This document shows, piece by piece, positions 1 through 8,853 of a stretch of 33,282 bases of DNA. The DNA is from Polaromonas sp. (GTDB lineage: Bacteria; Pseudomonadota; Gammaproteobacteria; Burkholderiales; Burkholderiaceae_C). The stretch lies in NCBI GenBank assembly GCA_028292345.1, contig JAQGMN010000249.1, positions 1 through 33,282 of the forward strand. Reading direction: 5' to 3'. The first letter of the stretch is position 1. Every line of letters begins with the position of its first letter. Both the position numbers and the translations under genes were made by a program. The notes under the pieces are model-generated. The model worked only from the letters and a program-made list of their open reading frames with translations, did not search any database and had not been told where the DNA came from.

Positions 1-2025
1 GACTGCACCGTGCGAAAGCTGGCGGAAAACGCCCTGCGCCAAAGCGAGGAACGCTACCGCAAGCTGTTCAATTCGATGGACGAGGGTTTTTGCATCATCG
101 ACATCGAGTTCAACGACCAGGCGAAAGTGGTGGATTGCCGCTTTCTGGAAGTCAACCCTGCTTTCGCCTTGCAGACCGGAACGGACGGCATTGCCGGCAA
201 GCGCTTGCGTGAACTCGCCCCTGGCCATGAAGCAGGCTGGCTTGAAATTTGCGGCCGCGTGGCGCTGACAGGCATGCCGGTCCGGTTTGTTCATGAGGAT
301 AAAACCCTTGGCACCAGGTTTGACAGCTATGCCGCACGCCTGGGCAATGCTGAAAGCCGAAAAGTCGCCATCGTCTTCAACAACATCACCGAGCGCGCCA
401 GGGCGGCCGAAGCCCTGCTCCAAAGCGAACAGCGTTTTCGCGCCTTGTTCGATTCGGGTCCGGTGGCGATGTATTCCTGCGACACCTCGGGAGTGATTCT
501 GGAATTCAACCGCTGCGCCGTGAAATTGTGGGGACGGGAGCCCCGGCCAGACGATGTGGACGAGCGCTGCTGCGGCGTGTCCAAGGTCTATCATCCCGAC
601 GGCAGCCTGCTGACTGCTGCGCAAAACCCGATGATCGCGGTGCTCAAGGGCAAAATGCCGCAGGCAAATGACGTGGAAGCTGTCATCGAGCGGCCCGACG
701 GCTCGCGCATCACCGTTATTGCCAATATTGTTCCGCTCAAGGATGGCCAAGGAAGGATCATCGGCGCCATCAATTGTTTCTACGACATCACCGAGCGCAG
801 CCGGCTGGAGCGCCAGACGCAGGACCAGGCGCAGGCCCTGGCCGATCTGCACCGCCGCAAGGACGAATTCCTGGCGATGCTCAGCCATGAACTGCGCAAC
901 CCGCTGGCGCCGCTGACCAGCGCGGTCGAACTGCTTCGGCGGCTGGAACACCAGAACCCGGAGTACAGCCAGGCCTTCGAGGTCATCGAGCGGCAGGTCG
1001 GCCAGATGAAGCACCTGATCGGTGACCTGCTGGAGGTTTCCCGCATCACCAGCGGCAATGTGCGGCTTCGCAAGGAGCCGGTCCTCGTGGGCGATATTGT
1101 CGAAATGGCGCTGGAAACGACCCAGCCGCTGCTCAGCAGGCGCCGGCACCAGCTCACGGTGTCCCTGCCGCCGCACCCGGTCTGGCTCGATGCCGACGCC
1201 ACCCGGCTGGAGCAGGTGCTGGTGAACCTGCTGAACAATGCCGCCAAGTACACCGACGAGGGCGGGCGCCTCTGGCTGAGCGTGGAGCAGCAAGGCGATC
1301 CCGGTTCAGCGGCCGGCGGGGCGCTGGCCGTGATCACGGTGCGCGACACCGGCATGGGCATTGCCGCAGAATTGCTGCCGCACGTCTTTGACCTGTTCAC
1401 CCAAGCCGAACGCGCCATCGACCGCTCGCAGGGCGGAATGGGCATCGGCTTGAGCCTGGTCCGGCAACTGGTCGAACTGCACGGCGGCACCGTCGAGGCG
1501 CGCAGCATCCTGGGGCAGGGCAGCGAGTTCACCGTGCGCCTGCCGGTCAGCCAGGCTGCCGCGCCGCCGCTGCCCTTGCCGCCTGTGCCCAGCCCGGGCC
1601 GGATTGCTGGCAGGCGCTGCCGGGTGCTGGCCGTCGATGACAGCGTGGATGCGGTGGAGTTCCTGGCCAGGCTGATCAGGCTGTCCGGGCATGAGGTTGA
1701 AGTCGCTTATGACGGCCCCGGCGCCGTGCAGGCAGCCCTGGCCACGCGCCCTGACGTGGTGCTGCTCGACATCGGCCTGCCGGGACTCACGGGTTACGAA
1801 GTGGCAAGGCAACTGCGCCAGGAACCCGCGCTGAAAGGCACCGTGCTGGTCGCACTGACGGGCTATGGGCGCGAATCAGACCGGCAGCGCTCCAGAAATG
1901 CCGGTTTTTCCTACCATCTGGTCAAGCCGGTCGGGGTGCGCGAGGTCGAGGACATACTGGCAACCGTCGGCGAACAACTCGCGTTGCAGGACGGGGCGGC
2001 CCCGGTCGAGGTGCCTGAAGCCTGA
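1..2025 (+). CDS. PAS-domain hybrid sensor histidine kinase/response regulator, 5' partial
   Basis: Two PAS domains, H-box [14 protein letters not shown]-box [11 protein letters not shown]-boxes DTGMG and GMGIGL, C-terminal receiver (VDD, LLDIGLP, KP). The frame is open from base 1 (D-C-T-V-R-K, a PAS C-terminal DxT motif), so the true start is probably upstream of the window. Confidence 0.92.
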   Translation, partial: DCTVRKLAENALRQSEERYRKLFNSMDEGFCIIDIEFNDQAKVVDCRFLEVNPAFALQTGTDGIAGKRLRELAPGHEAGWLEICGRVALTGMPVRFVHEDKTLGTRFDSYAARLGNAESRKVAIVFNNITERARAAEALLQSEQRFRALFDSGPVAMYSCDTSGVILEFNRCAVKLWGREPRPDDVDERCCGVSKVYHPDGSLLTAAQNPMIAVLKGKMPQANDVEAVIERPDGSRITVIANIVPLKDGQGRIIGAINCFYDITERSRLERQTQDQAQALADLHRRKDEFLAMLSHELRNPLAPLTSAVELLRRLEHQNPEYSQAFEVIERQVGQMKHLIGDLLEVSRITSGNVRLRKEPVLVGDIVEMALETTQPLLSRRRHQLTVSLPPHPVWLDADATRLEQVLVNLLNNAAKYTDEGGRLWLSVEQQGDPGSAAGGALAVITVRDTGMGIAAELLPHVFDLFTQAERAIDRSQGGMGIGLSLVRQLVELHGGTVEARSILGQGSEFTVRLPVSQAAAPPLPLPPVPSPGRIAGRRCRVLAVDDSVDAVEFLARLIRLSGHEVEVAYDGPGAVQAALATRPDVVLLDIGLPGLTGYEVARQLRQEPALKGTVLVALTGYGRESDRQRSRNAGFSYHLVKPVGVREVEDILATVGEQLALQDGAAPVEVPEA

Positions 2026-2074
2026 AGGCGGCGCACAGCAAGGGGGGCCTGGCTTGCATGCACAATGGCAACCC

Positions 2075-2908
2075 ATGCTCATCCATCCTGAAATCAATCC
2101 TGTTGCGCTGCAACTCGGCCCCCTGGCCATTCACTGGTACGGCCTGACCTACCTCGCCGCCTTCGGCCTGTTTTTTCTGCTGGCCAGCCTGCGCCTGCGC
2201 CACGAGCCCTATGCGTCCATCACCGGGCCGGGCGCCTGGTCGCGCCGGGACATCGAGGACATCTTGTTCCTGGGGGTGATGGGCGTGGTGATTGGCGGGC
2301 GGCTGGGTTACTGCCTGTTCTACAAGCCCGGCTACTACCTGGCGCATCCGCTGGAAATTTTCTTCGTCTGGCAGGGCGGCATGAGCTTTCACGGCGGCAT
2401 GCTGGGCGTGCTGGTGTCGCAGTTGTGGTTTGCCCGCTCGCGCCACCGGCCGTGGCTGCAGGTGATGGACTTCATCGCGCCTTGCGTGCCGACCGGCCTA
2501 GCCGCCGGGCGCGTCGGGAATTTCATCAATGGCGAATTGTGGGGCCGCTTCAGCGCGCCCGACCTGCCGTGGGGCATGGTGTTTCCGCACAGCGGCTCGA
2601 TGCTGCCGCGCCATCCGTCGCAGGTCTACCAGTTCCTGATGGAAGGCATGCTGCTGTTCGTGCTGCTGTGGCTGTATGCCCGGCAGCCCCGAAAGACGGG
2701 CCAGGTCTCGGGCGCTTTCCTGGTGGGCTATGGCGTGTTCCGCTTCATTGCCGAGTTTTTCCGCGAGCCTGATGATTTTCTGGGCATCTTGTCCCTGGGC
2801 CTGAGCATGGGCCAGTGGCTGTGCGTGCCCATGATCGTGGCTGGCCTGGCGCTCTGGGTATGGGCATCCAGGCGGGACACTTTGGGCGGTGCAGTCGCAG
2901 GCCGGTAG
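2075..2908 (+). CDS. lgt: Prolipoprotein diacylglyceryl transferase
   Basis: [40 protein letters not shown] and [11 protein letters not shown] motifs. Start trimmed to the ATG at 2075 (MLIHPEINP). Confidence 0.97.
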   Translation: MLIHPEINPVALQLGPLAIHWYGLTYLAAFGLFFLLASLRLRHEPYASITGPGAWSRRDIEDILFLGVMGVVIGGRLGYCLFYKPGYYLAHPLEIFFVWQGGMSFHGGMLGVLVSQLWFARSRHRPWLQVMDFIAPCVPTGLAAGRVGNFINGELWGRFSAPDLPWGMVFPHSGSMLPRHPSQVYQFLMEGMLLFVLLWLYARQPRKTGQVSGAFLVGYGVFRFIAEFFREPDDFLGILSLGLSMGQWLCVPMIVAGLALWVWASRRDTLGGAVAGR

Positions 2909-3023
2909 TTGGTTTCCGGATGGTTCCGACGTCCGGCCTCGACTTGTGCATGGCGGCCGGATGCGGGTTTGCCCGGGGAATGATCCCGGGGAAACTGCTT
3001 GATCAAGTGCGCATACCTGTTCA

Positions 3024-3039
3024 TAATTACGCGTAATTA
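3024..3039. promoter_or_regulatory. Perfect 16-bp palindrome TAATTACGCGTAATTA, candidate operator of the adjacent GntR regulator
   Basis: AT-rich perfect inverted repeat in a GC-rich intergenic region, about 130 bp upstream of the gntR-matA operon. Confidence 0.65.
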
Positions 3040-3171
3040 CCAAATTGCGGCGCTTGCAGGGGTTTTCTGGCTGAACCTGCAACTGCGACGCAACGCCGGT
3101 TGCCGTTCCGGCTGCGCCAGCCCACGGCATCCATTTCTTAGCCACACTCGCCAGTTCAAGGATTGCCTGCC

Positions 3172-3840
3172 ATGCGTCTTGTCCATAATTCCCTGCACCA
3201 GGAGGTGGCTGACACCTTGCGTGAGCAGATTTTCGAGGGCAGGTGGGCGCCAGGAACCTTTCTGGACGAACTGGCGCTGTGCCAACACCTGGAAATCTCC
3301 CGCACGCCGCTGCGCGAGGCGCTCAAGGTGCTGACGGCCGAGGGCCTGTTGCGCCACGAACCCCGGCGCGGCTGCTTTGTCAATGAAGTGAGCGAGCAGG
3401 ATCTGGACGACATTTTTCCGGTGATTGCACTGCTCGAAGGCCGCTGCGCCTTCGAAGCCGCGCGCAATGCCAGCGACAGCGACCTGGCCATGCTGGACCG
3501 CCTGCATGAACTCCTGGAGCAGCATGCCCAGGCCGGTCGCCTTCATGCGTATTACGCCACCAACCACACCATTCATGAGGCCATCATCACGCTGGCGAAC
3601 AACCGCTGGCTGGCGCAGTCGATTGGCGACCTGCGCAAGATACTCAAGCTGGCCCGGCTGCAGCAGCTGCATGCGCCCGGGCGGCTGGCGCAAAGCCTGA
3701 GCGAACACCTGGCGGTTCATGCCGCCCTGAAGGCGCGCGATGCCGAAGCGGCCGATGCGGCCATGCGCACCCACCTTCTGCGCCAGCGCGAAGCCCTGCG
3801 CGAACTCGCCGCCCATCAGAAAAGCAGGTTGCTGGCATGA
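3172..3840 (+). CDS. GntR/FadR-family transcriptional regulator (FCD domain) of the malonate cluster
   Basis: Winged HTH LEISRTPLREALKVLTAEGL; FCD motifs (NHTIHEAI, EHLAVHAAL, MRTHL); ATGA overlap with matA. Confidence 0.93.
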   Translation: MRLVHNSLHQEVADTLREQIFEGRWAPGTFLDELALCQHLEISRTPLREALKVLTAEGLLRHEPRRGCFVNEVSEQDLDDIFPVIALLEGRCAFEAARNASDSDLAMLDRLHELLEQHAQAGRLHAYYATNHTIHEAIITLANNRWLAQSIGDLRKILKLARLQQLHAPGRLAQSLSEHLAVHAALKARDAEAADAAMRTHLLRQREALRELAAHQKSRLLA

Positions 3841-5312
3841 ACCATTCCACCTGGATCGGCCGCAGTGTCGCCCGACTGCTGCCTTCGACCCCTTTCACAG
3901 AAAAAAAACCGGCCTCGGCCCTGAAAGGTCCTGCGCCGGCAACTGCTGACGGCGACGGTCCGCCGGCCGCTGTGCGTTCCACGCGGGAGCGCCTGGAGGC
4001 CACGCTGCGCCAGGAGGGCGAAGCTTTGTCGCCACGCCTGCTGCGCCGCAGCCTGGAAGATCTTCAGGCCATCATCGACCCGCAGGTCAGCGAGGTCGAA
4101 GGCGGGCGCCGCGCCATGGTGCTGGCCGAATGGTATGCAGCCGCCCCGGCCGGGCAGCGGCAAGACCTCTGGCTGTTGATGAGCGAGCTGTTCCTGGCCG
4201 ACACCGAAAAAGCCAAGGCGGCGCAGGCCCGGCTGGCCGCCGCCGTCGGCACGCCCGAGCAGGCCGTGGCCGAGGTGCATTACCGCCGCGCCACCGTGTC
4301 GCCGCGCCGCCGCCTGCTCCAGCGTTTCAGCGTGTATCCAGGGGGCGTGCAGTTCCTGGTCGAGATGCGCGCCGAAATGCTGCCATTCCTCAAGACCGAC
4401 AAGCGGCTGATGGCGCTCGATGTGGAAATGGAGTACATGTTCTCGACCTGGTTCGATGTGGGTTTTCTGGACCTGCGCCGGATCAGCTGGGATTCGCCGG
4501 CGTCGCTGATTGAAAAGCTGATCCAGTACGAGGCGGTGCATGACATCAAGAGCTGGGCCGATGTCAAGAACCGCCTGGACAGCGACCGCCGCTGCTACGG
4601 TTTTTTTCACCCGCGCCTGCCCGGCGTGCCCCTGATTTTTGTCGAGGTCGCGCTGGTCGATGAAATGGCCGAAGGCATCATGCCGCTGCTCGACGAACAG
4701 GCGGCCGCGGCCGACCTGGGCAAGGCGACGACCGCCATTTTCTATTCGATCAGCAACACCCAGCCCGGCTTGCGCGGCGTGAGTTTTGGCGACTCGCTGA
4801 TCAAGCGGGTGGTCGAAACCCTCAAGGACGAATTTCCCAAGCTCAAGGTGTTCGCCACGCTGTCGCCGATTCCGGGCCTGCGGAGCTGGCTGGGCAAGAA
4901 TGCCGCGGCACTGCTCGACCGGCTCGCCGACAAGGAGCGCGCGGCACTGGGGCACGCCCTCGGGACCGGCGCGCCCACGCCGGGCGGCTTTCTTGCGGCG
5001 ATTGAAACGCCGCTCGACCTGCCGGAAAAATCGCCGGTGCGCCAGCTGCTGCTGCAGTGCGCCGCCCATTACCTGGGGCAGGGGCTGAAAAACGGCAAGC
5101 CGCTCGATCCGGTGGCACGGTTTCACCTGGGCAACGGCGCCCGGGTCGAGCGGCTCAACTGGGCCGCCGACCCGTCGCCCAAGGGCCTGCGCCAGTCCTA
5201 CGGGCTGATGGTGAACTACCTGTACGACCTCAAGCGCCTGGACAGGCACCTTGCCCTGCTCGCGCAGGGGAAAGTCCCGGTATCCACCGGGATCCATGAT
5301 TTGTACATTTGA
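3837..5312 (+). CDS. matA: Malonyl-CoA decarboxylase
   Basis: YEAVH, DRRCYGFFHP, FYSISNTQPGLRGVSFG, TLSPIPG, DPVARFHLGNGA, SYGLMVNYLY. Confidence 0.95.
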   Translation: MNHSTWIGRSVARLLPSTPFTEKKPASALKGPAPATADGDGPPAAVRSTRERLEATLRQEGEALSPRLLRRSLEDLQAIIDPQVSEVEGGRRAMVLAEWYAAAPAGQRQDLWLLMSELFLADTEKAKAAQARLAAAVGTPEQAVAEVHYRRATVSPRRRLLQRFSVYPGGVQFLVEMRAEMLPFLKTDKRLMALDVEMEYMFSTWFDVGFLDLRRISWDSPASLIEKLIQYEAVHDIKSWADVKNRLDSDRRCYGFFHPRLPGVPLIFVEVALVDEMAEGIMPLLDEQAAAADLGKATTAIFYSISNTQPGLRGVSFGDSLIKRVVETLKDEFPKLKVFATLSPIPGLRSWLGKNAAALLDRLADKERAALGHALGTGAPTPGGFLAAIETPLDLPEKSPVRQLLLQCAAHYLGQGLKNGKPLDPVARFHLGNGARVERLNWAADPSPKGLRQSYGLMVNYLYDLKRLDRHLALLAQGKVPVSTGIHDLYI

Positions 5313-5358
5313 CGGTCTGCCCATACCGGTCCGGGCCACAAACAACAAGGAGACATTG

Positions 5359-6354
5359 ATGACATTTGAGTTCGAGAACAGCGGCACGCGCCGCAGCATC
5401 CTGCGTGCCGCTGCAGCCGGCCTGGCCGCGCTGTCCTGGGGAAGCCAGGCGCAGTCGGCCTGGCCGGTCAAGCCCGTCACCGTCATCGTGCCGTTTCCGG
5501 CCGGCGGCGGCACCGACGCCTTTGCCCGCCCGCTGTCGGCGCAGTTCGCCAAGCTGACCGGCAAGCAGCTCATCATCGACAACCGGGGCGGGGCGGGCGG
5601 CACGCTGGGCGCCGGCATCGCGGCCCGTGCGCAGCCCGACGGCTACACCCTGTTCATGGGCGCGGTGCACCATGCGATTGCGCCGTCGATGTACCCCAAG
5701 CTGGACTACGACATTGAAAAAGACTTCGTGCCGCTGGCGCTGATGGCCAACGTGCCGCAGGTGCTGGTGGTCAACCCGAAGAACATCCAGGGCGATTTCA
5801 AGGCTTTCCTGGCGCAGGTGCGCGCCAGGCCGGCCCGCTTCAACTATGGCTCGGCCGGCGCGGGCACGTCGCACCACCTGGCCGGCGAATTGTTCAAGCA
5901 GCAGACGCAGACCTTCATCACGCACATTCCCTACCGGGGCGCCGGCCCCGCGCTGCAGGACCTGATCTCGGGCAACGTGGACATGATGTTTGACGGCCTG
6001 GGCTCGTCGGCGGCCCACATCAAGGGCGGCCGAATCAAGGCGCTGATGGTCTCGGGCGCCAAGCGCAACCCGGCGTTTCCCGATGTGCCGTGCGCCGCCG
6101 AGCTTGGCCTGCCCGACTACACCGTCACCACCTGGTACGGCATGTGGGCGCCCAAGGGAACGCCGGCCGATGTGCAGGCGCGCATCGTGGAAGACCTGCG
6201 CAAGGCCGCCGCCACCGACGAGCTGAAAGCCATCTGGGCCAGCAACGGCGCCGAGTTCGGCAACCTGGCGCCGGCGCAGTTCGGCAGCTTTGTCAGCGCC
6301 GAAGTCAAGCGCTGGGCGGCCGTGGTGAAAGCCTCCGGCGCCAAGCTCGATTGA
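5359..6354 (+). CDS. Bug/TctC tripartite tricarboxylate transporter substrate-binding protein
   Basis: VPFPAGGGTD, NRGGAGG, PDGYT, GSAGAGTSHHLAGE, HIPYRGAGPA; AAGGAG RBS before ATG 5359; Tat-like TRRSIL signal. Confidence 0.93.
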   Translation: MTFEFENSGTRRSILRAAAAGLAALSWGSQAQSAWPVKPVTVIVPFPAGGGTDAFARPLSAQFAKLTGKQLIIDNRGGAGGTLGAGIAARAQPDGYTLFMGAVHHAIAPSMYPKLDYDIEKDFVPLALMANVPQVLVVNPKNIQGDFKAFLAQVRARPARFNYGSAGAGTSHHLAGELFKQQTQTFITHIPYRGAGPALQDLISGNVDMMFDGLGSSAAHIKGGRIKALMVSGAKRNPAFPDVPCAAELGLPDYTVTTWYGMWAPKGTPADVQARIVEDLRKAAATDELKAIWASNGAEFGNLAPAQFGSFVSAEVKRWAAVVKASGAKLD

Positions 6355-6357
6355 GTA

Positions 6358-6468
6358 TGCCCCCACGGTCGCCCACTGCGTGTGGCTTCCTGCCCCCCGA
6401 GGGGGCCGCTGCGCCTGCGGTCCGGCAAAGCCGGTTCCGCGGCCCTGACTGGATGGGAATCGTTCCCA
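6358..6468. repeat. Structured intergenic element (REP/MITE-like)
   Basis: Hairpins GCCCCC-CGA-GGGGGC (6392-6406), CCGGC-AAA-GCCGG (6422-6434) and TGGGAA-TCG-TTCCCA (6454-6468). Only one copy in the window; the repeat status rests on recollection of similar Comamonadaceae elements. Confidence 0.5.
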
Positions 6469-6499
6469 AGCCTTTCCTTTGTTGCTGGAAATTGATTCG

Positions 6500-7282
6500 A
6501 TGAGCGGCGCTGTACTTCTTGAAATTTCGGGTTCGCTGGCGACGGTGACGCTGTCGCACCCCGGCAAGTTCAATGCCATGTCGCGCGTGATGTGGCGCCA
6601 ATTGCGTACCGTATTCGAAGCCCTCCAGCAGCGCCGCGATGTGCGCTGCGTGCGGGTTCGGGGCAAGGGCGGGCATTTTTGCGCGGGCGGCGACATTTCC
6701 GAATACGCCGGTTTTCGCTTCGACGCGGCCAGCCTGCGCGATTTCCATGAGAACGATGTCTGGGGCGGCCTGCAGGCGATGCTCGACTGCGACGTGCCCA
6801 TCGTCGCGCAAATCGAGGGCCACTGCATGGGCGCCGGCATCGAGATTGCCAGCTGCTGCGACATCCGCCTGGCGGCCGACAATGCGCGTTTTGGCGCGCC
6901 GATTGCAAAGCTCGGCTTTCCGATGGCGCCGCGCGAGGCGGCGCTGGTGATGCGCGCGGTGGGCGAGTTGACGGCGCGCGAAATGCTGCTGTCGGCCGCC
7001 GTGCTGGACGCGGCCGAGATGAAGCAGCGCGGCTTTTTGAACCAGGTGCTGGCGGCCGACGTGCTTCACGTTGCGGTGCAGGATTGCCTCCAGCGCATCG
7101 GGCAACTGGCGCCGCAGGCGGCGCGCCTGAATAAAGCATCATTTCGGGCTCTTGCGCACGCCCCGCCTGCGCAAGAAGCTATTAATATAATAGCAACAGC
7201 TTATGATTACGCAGCCTCTGGCGAGCACCGTGAGGGCATTGCCGCCTTCATGGAAAAACGTCCGCCGGCGTTCTGCGCCTAG
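6500..7282 (+). CDS. Enoyl-CoA hydratase/isomerase (crotonase) family protein
   Basis: KFNAM, FCAGGDISE, GHCMGAGIEIASCCDIRLA, EGIAAFMEKRPPAF. Confidence 0.92.
   Translation: MSGAVLLEISGSLATVTLSHPGKFNAMSRVMWRQLRTVFEALQQRRDVRCVRVRGKGGHFCAGGDISEYAGFRFDAASLRDFHENDVWGGLQAMLDCDVPIVAQIEGHCMGAGIEIASCCDIRLAADNARFGAPIAKLGFPMAPREAALVMRAVGELTAREMLLSAAVLDAAEMKQRGFLNQVLAADVLHVAVQDCLQRIGQLAPQAARLNKASFRALAHAPPAQEAINIIATAYDYAASGEHREGIAAFMEKRPPAFCA
7137..7194 (-). repeat. GCTAT-N7-ATAGC family repeat, copy A (in frame inside the crotonase gene)
   Basis: Core GCTATT-N5-AATAGC at 7178-7194 plus TCTTGCGCA-N9-TGCGCAAGA; aligns without gaps to five other copies. Confidence 0.8.
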
Positions 7283-7316
7283 CGGCCGCATTCACCTTTT
7301 TGATATCTTCAATTCC

Positions 7317-8837
7317 ATGACCAACCACAACCTGTTTGCCGCGCTGCGGTCGGCCTTTCCCGCCAACCTGGACGAAGTCGCCATTGAAACCGGCAGCGGC
7401 CTGCTGTATTCATGGCGCGACCTGGAGCACGGCAGCGCCATGGTGGCCAATCTGCTGCAGTCGCTCGGCCTGCCCGAAGGCGCCCGCATTGCCGTGCAGG
7501 TCGAGAGATCGGTCGAGGCCATGGTGCTGTATCTGGCGACGCTGCGTGCCGGCTTTGTGTTCTTGCCCTTGAACACGGCGTACCAGAGCGCCGAGATCGA
7601 CTACTTCATCGGCAATGCCGAGCCGGCGGTGGTGGTCTGCAGCAGCGCCAATTTTGGCTGGGTCAGCAAGATCGCCTTCAAGGCCGGAACGAAGAACGTC
7701 TTCACCCTCGACGACGACCGCACCGGCTCGCTGCTGGAGCGCGCCGCGCATTGCAGCGACCGGCATGACGTGGCAGTCAGGCAACCCGGGGACATGGCCG
7801 CCATCCTCTACACCAGCGGCACCACGGGGCGCAGCAAGGGCGCGATGCTGTCGCACGGCAACCTGCTGAGCAATGCGCAGGTGCTGAAGGACTACTGGGG
7901 CTGGAAACCGGGCGACGTATTGATCCATGCGCTGCCGATATTCCATGTCCACGGCCTGTTCGTCGGCATCCATGGCGCGCTGATCAACGGCAGCAAGATG
8001 ATCTGGCTGTCGAAGTTCGATCCGAAAAAGGTCATTGAAAAACTGCCCGAAGCCACCGTGTTCATGGGCGTTCCGACGCTCTATGTGCGCCTGCTGGCCG
8101 AGCCCGGCCTGAACCGCGAAGCCTGCCGCAACATGCGCCTGTTCATCGCCGGGTCGGCGCCGCTGCTGGTCGAGACCTTTCGCGAGTGGCAGGAGCGCAC
8201 CGGCCACACCATCCTGGAGCGCTACGGCATGTCCGAAACCGCCATGCTGACGTCCAATCCTTACCAGGGCGGCGAGCGGCGCGGCGGCACGGTCGGCTTT
8301 GCGCTGCCGGGCGTCAGCCTGCGCGTGGTGGACGACGCGGGCCAGCCTGTGCCGACGGGTGAGATCGGCAACATCCAGGTCCAGGGGCCGAATGTCTTCC
8401 AGGGCTACTGGCGCATGCCCGAGAAAACCGCCGAGGAGTTCACCGCCGACGGTTATTTCAGGACCGGCGACGTCGGAAAAATCGACGGGGACGGCTACAT
8501 CACGATTGTCGGGCGCAGCAAGGACCTGATCATCAGCGGCGGCTACAACGTCTATCCGGCCGAGATCGAAGGCTTTATCAACGATCTGCCCGGCGTGGCC
8601 GAGAGCGCGGTGGTCGGCGTGCCGCACCCTGACTTTGGCGAAGTCGGCGTGGCCGTGGTCATTGCCAGGCCCGGTGCCGCGCCCGACGGCCTGCAGATCG
8701 TGGCCGAGATGAAAGCGAAACTGGCCAACTTCAAGGTGCCCAAGCAATGCTTCGTGGTCACCGAACTGCCGCGCAACACCATGGGCAAGGTGCAGAAAAA
8801 TGTCCTGCGCGAGCAGTACAAGGGGCTGTTTGCCTGA
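7317..8837 (+). CDS. matB: Malonyl-CoA synthetase
   Basis: AMP-binding YTSGTTGRSKG, LPIFHVHGL, ERYGMSET (MatB-type), RTGD, LPRNTMGKVQK; clustered with matA. Confidence 0.93.
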   Translation: MTNHNLFAALRSAFPANLDEVAIETGSGLLYSWRDLEHGSAMVANLLQSLGLPEGARIAVQVERSVEAMVLYLATLRAGFVFLPLNTAYQSAEIDYFIGNAEPAVVVCSSANFGWVSKIAFKAGTKNVFTLDDDRTGSLLERAAHCSDRHDVAVRQPGDMAAILYTSGTTGRSKGAMLSHGNLLSNAQVLKDYWGWKPGDVLIHALPIFHVHGLFVGIHGALINGSKMIWLSKFDPKKVIEKLPEATVFMGVPTLYVRLLAEPGLNREACRNMRLFIAGSAPLLVETFREWQERTGHTILERYGMSETAMLTSNPYQGGERRGGTVGFALPGVSLRVVDDAGQPVPTGEIGNIQVQGPNVFQGYWRMPEKTAEEFTADGYFRTGDVGKIDGDGYITIVGRSKDLIISGGYNVYPAEIEGFINDLPGVAESAVVGVPHPDFGEVGVAVVIARPGAAPDGLQIVAEMKAKLANFKVPKQCFVVTELPRNTMGKVQKNVLREQYKGLFA

Positions 8838-8853
8838 ACGCCGCAGCCGCAGG

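Noticed and set aside
1865-2074. N-terminal extensions given by the ORF track for lgt (also bug, matB, puuA, potF, potG, potH, rpmI)
   Set aside because: The extensions overlap upstream genes or spacers; family homology and RBS positions support the later starts.
3816-5618. 600-aa minus-strand ORF, and similar long antisense ORFs at 5230-6882, 7410-8939, 14751-16226, 16108-17661 and 19070-20290
   Set aside because: They overlap well-supported plus-strand genes; stop-poor antisense frames are expected at this GC content.
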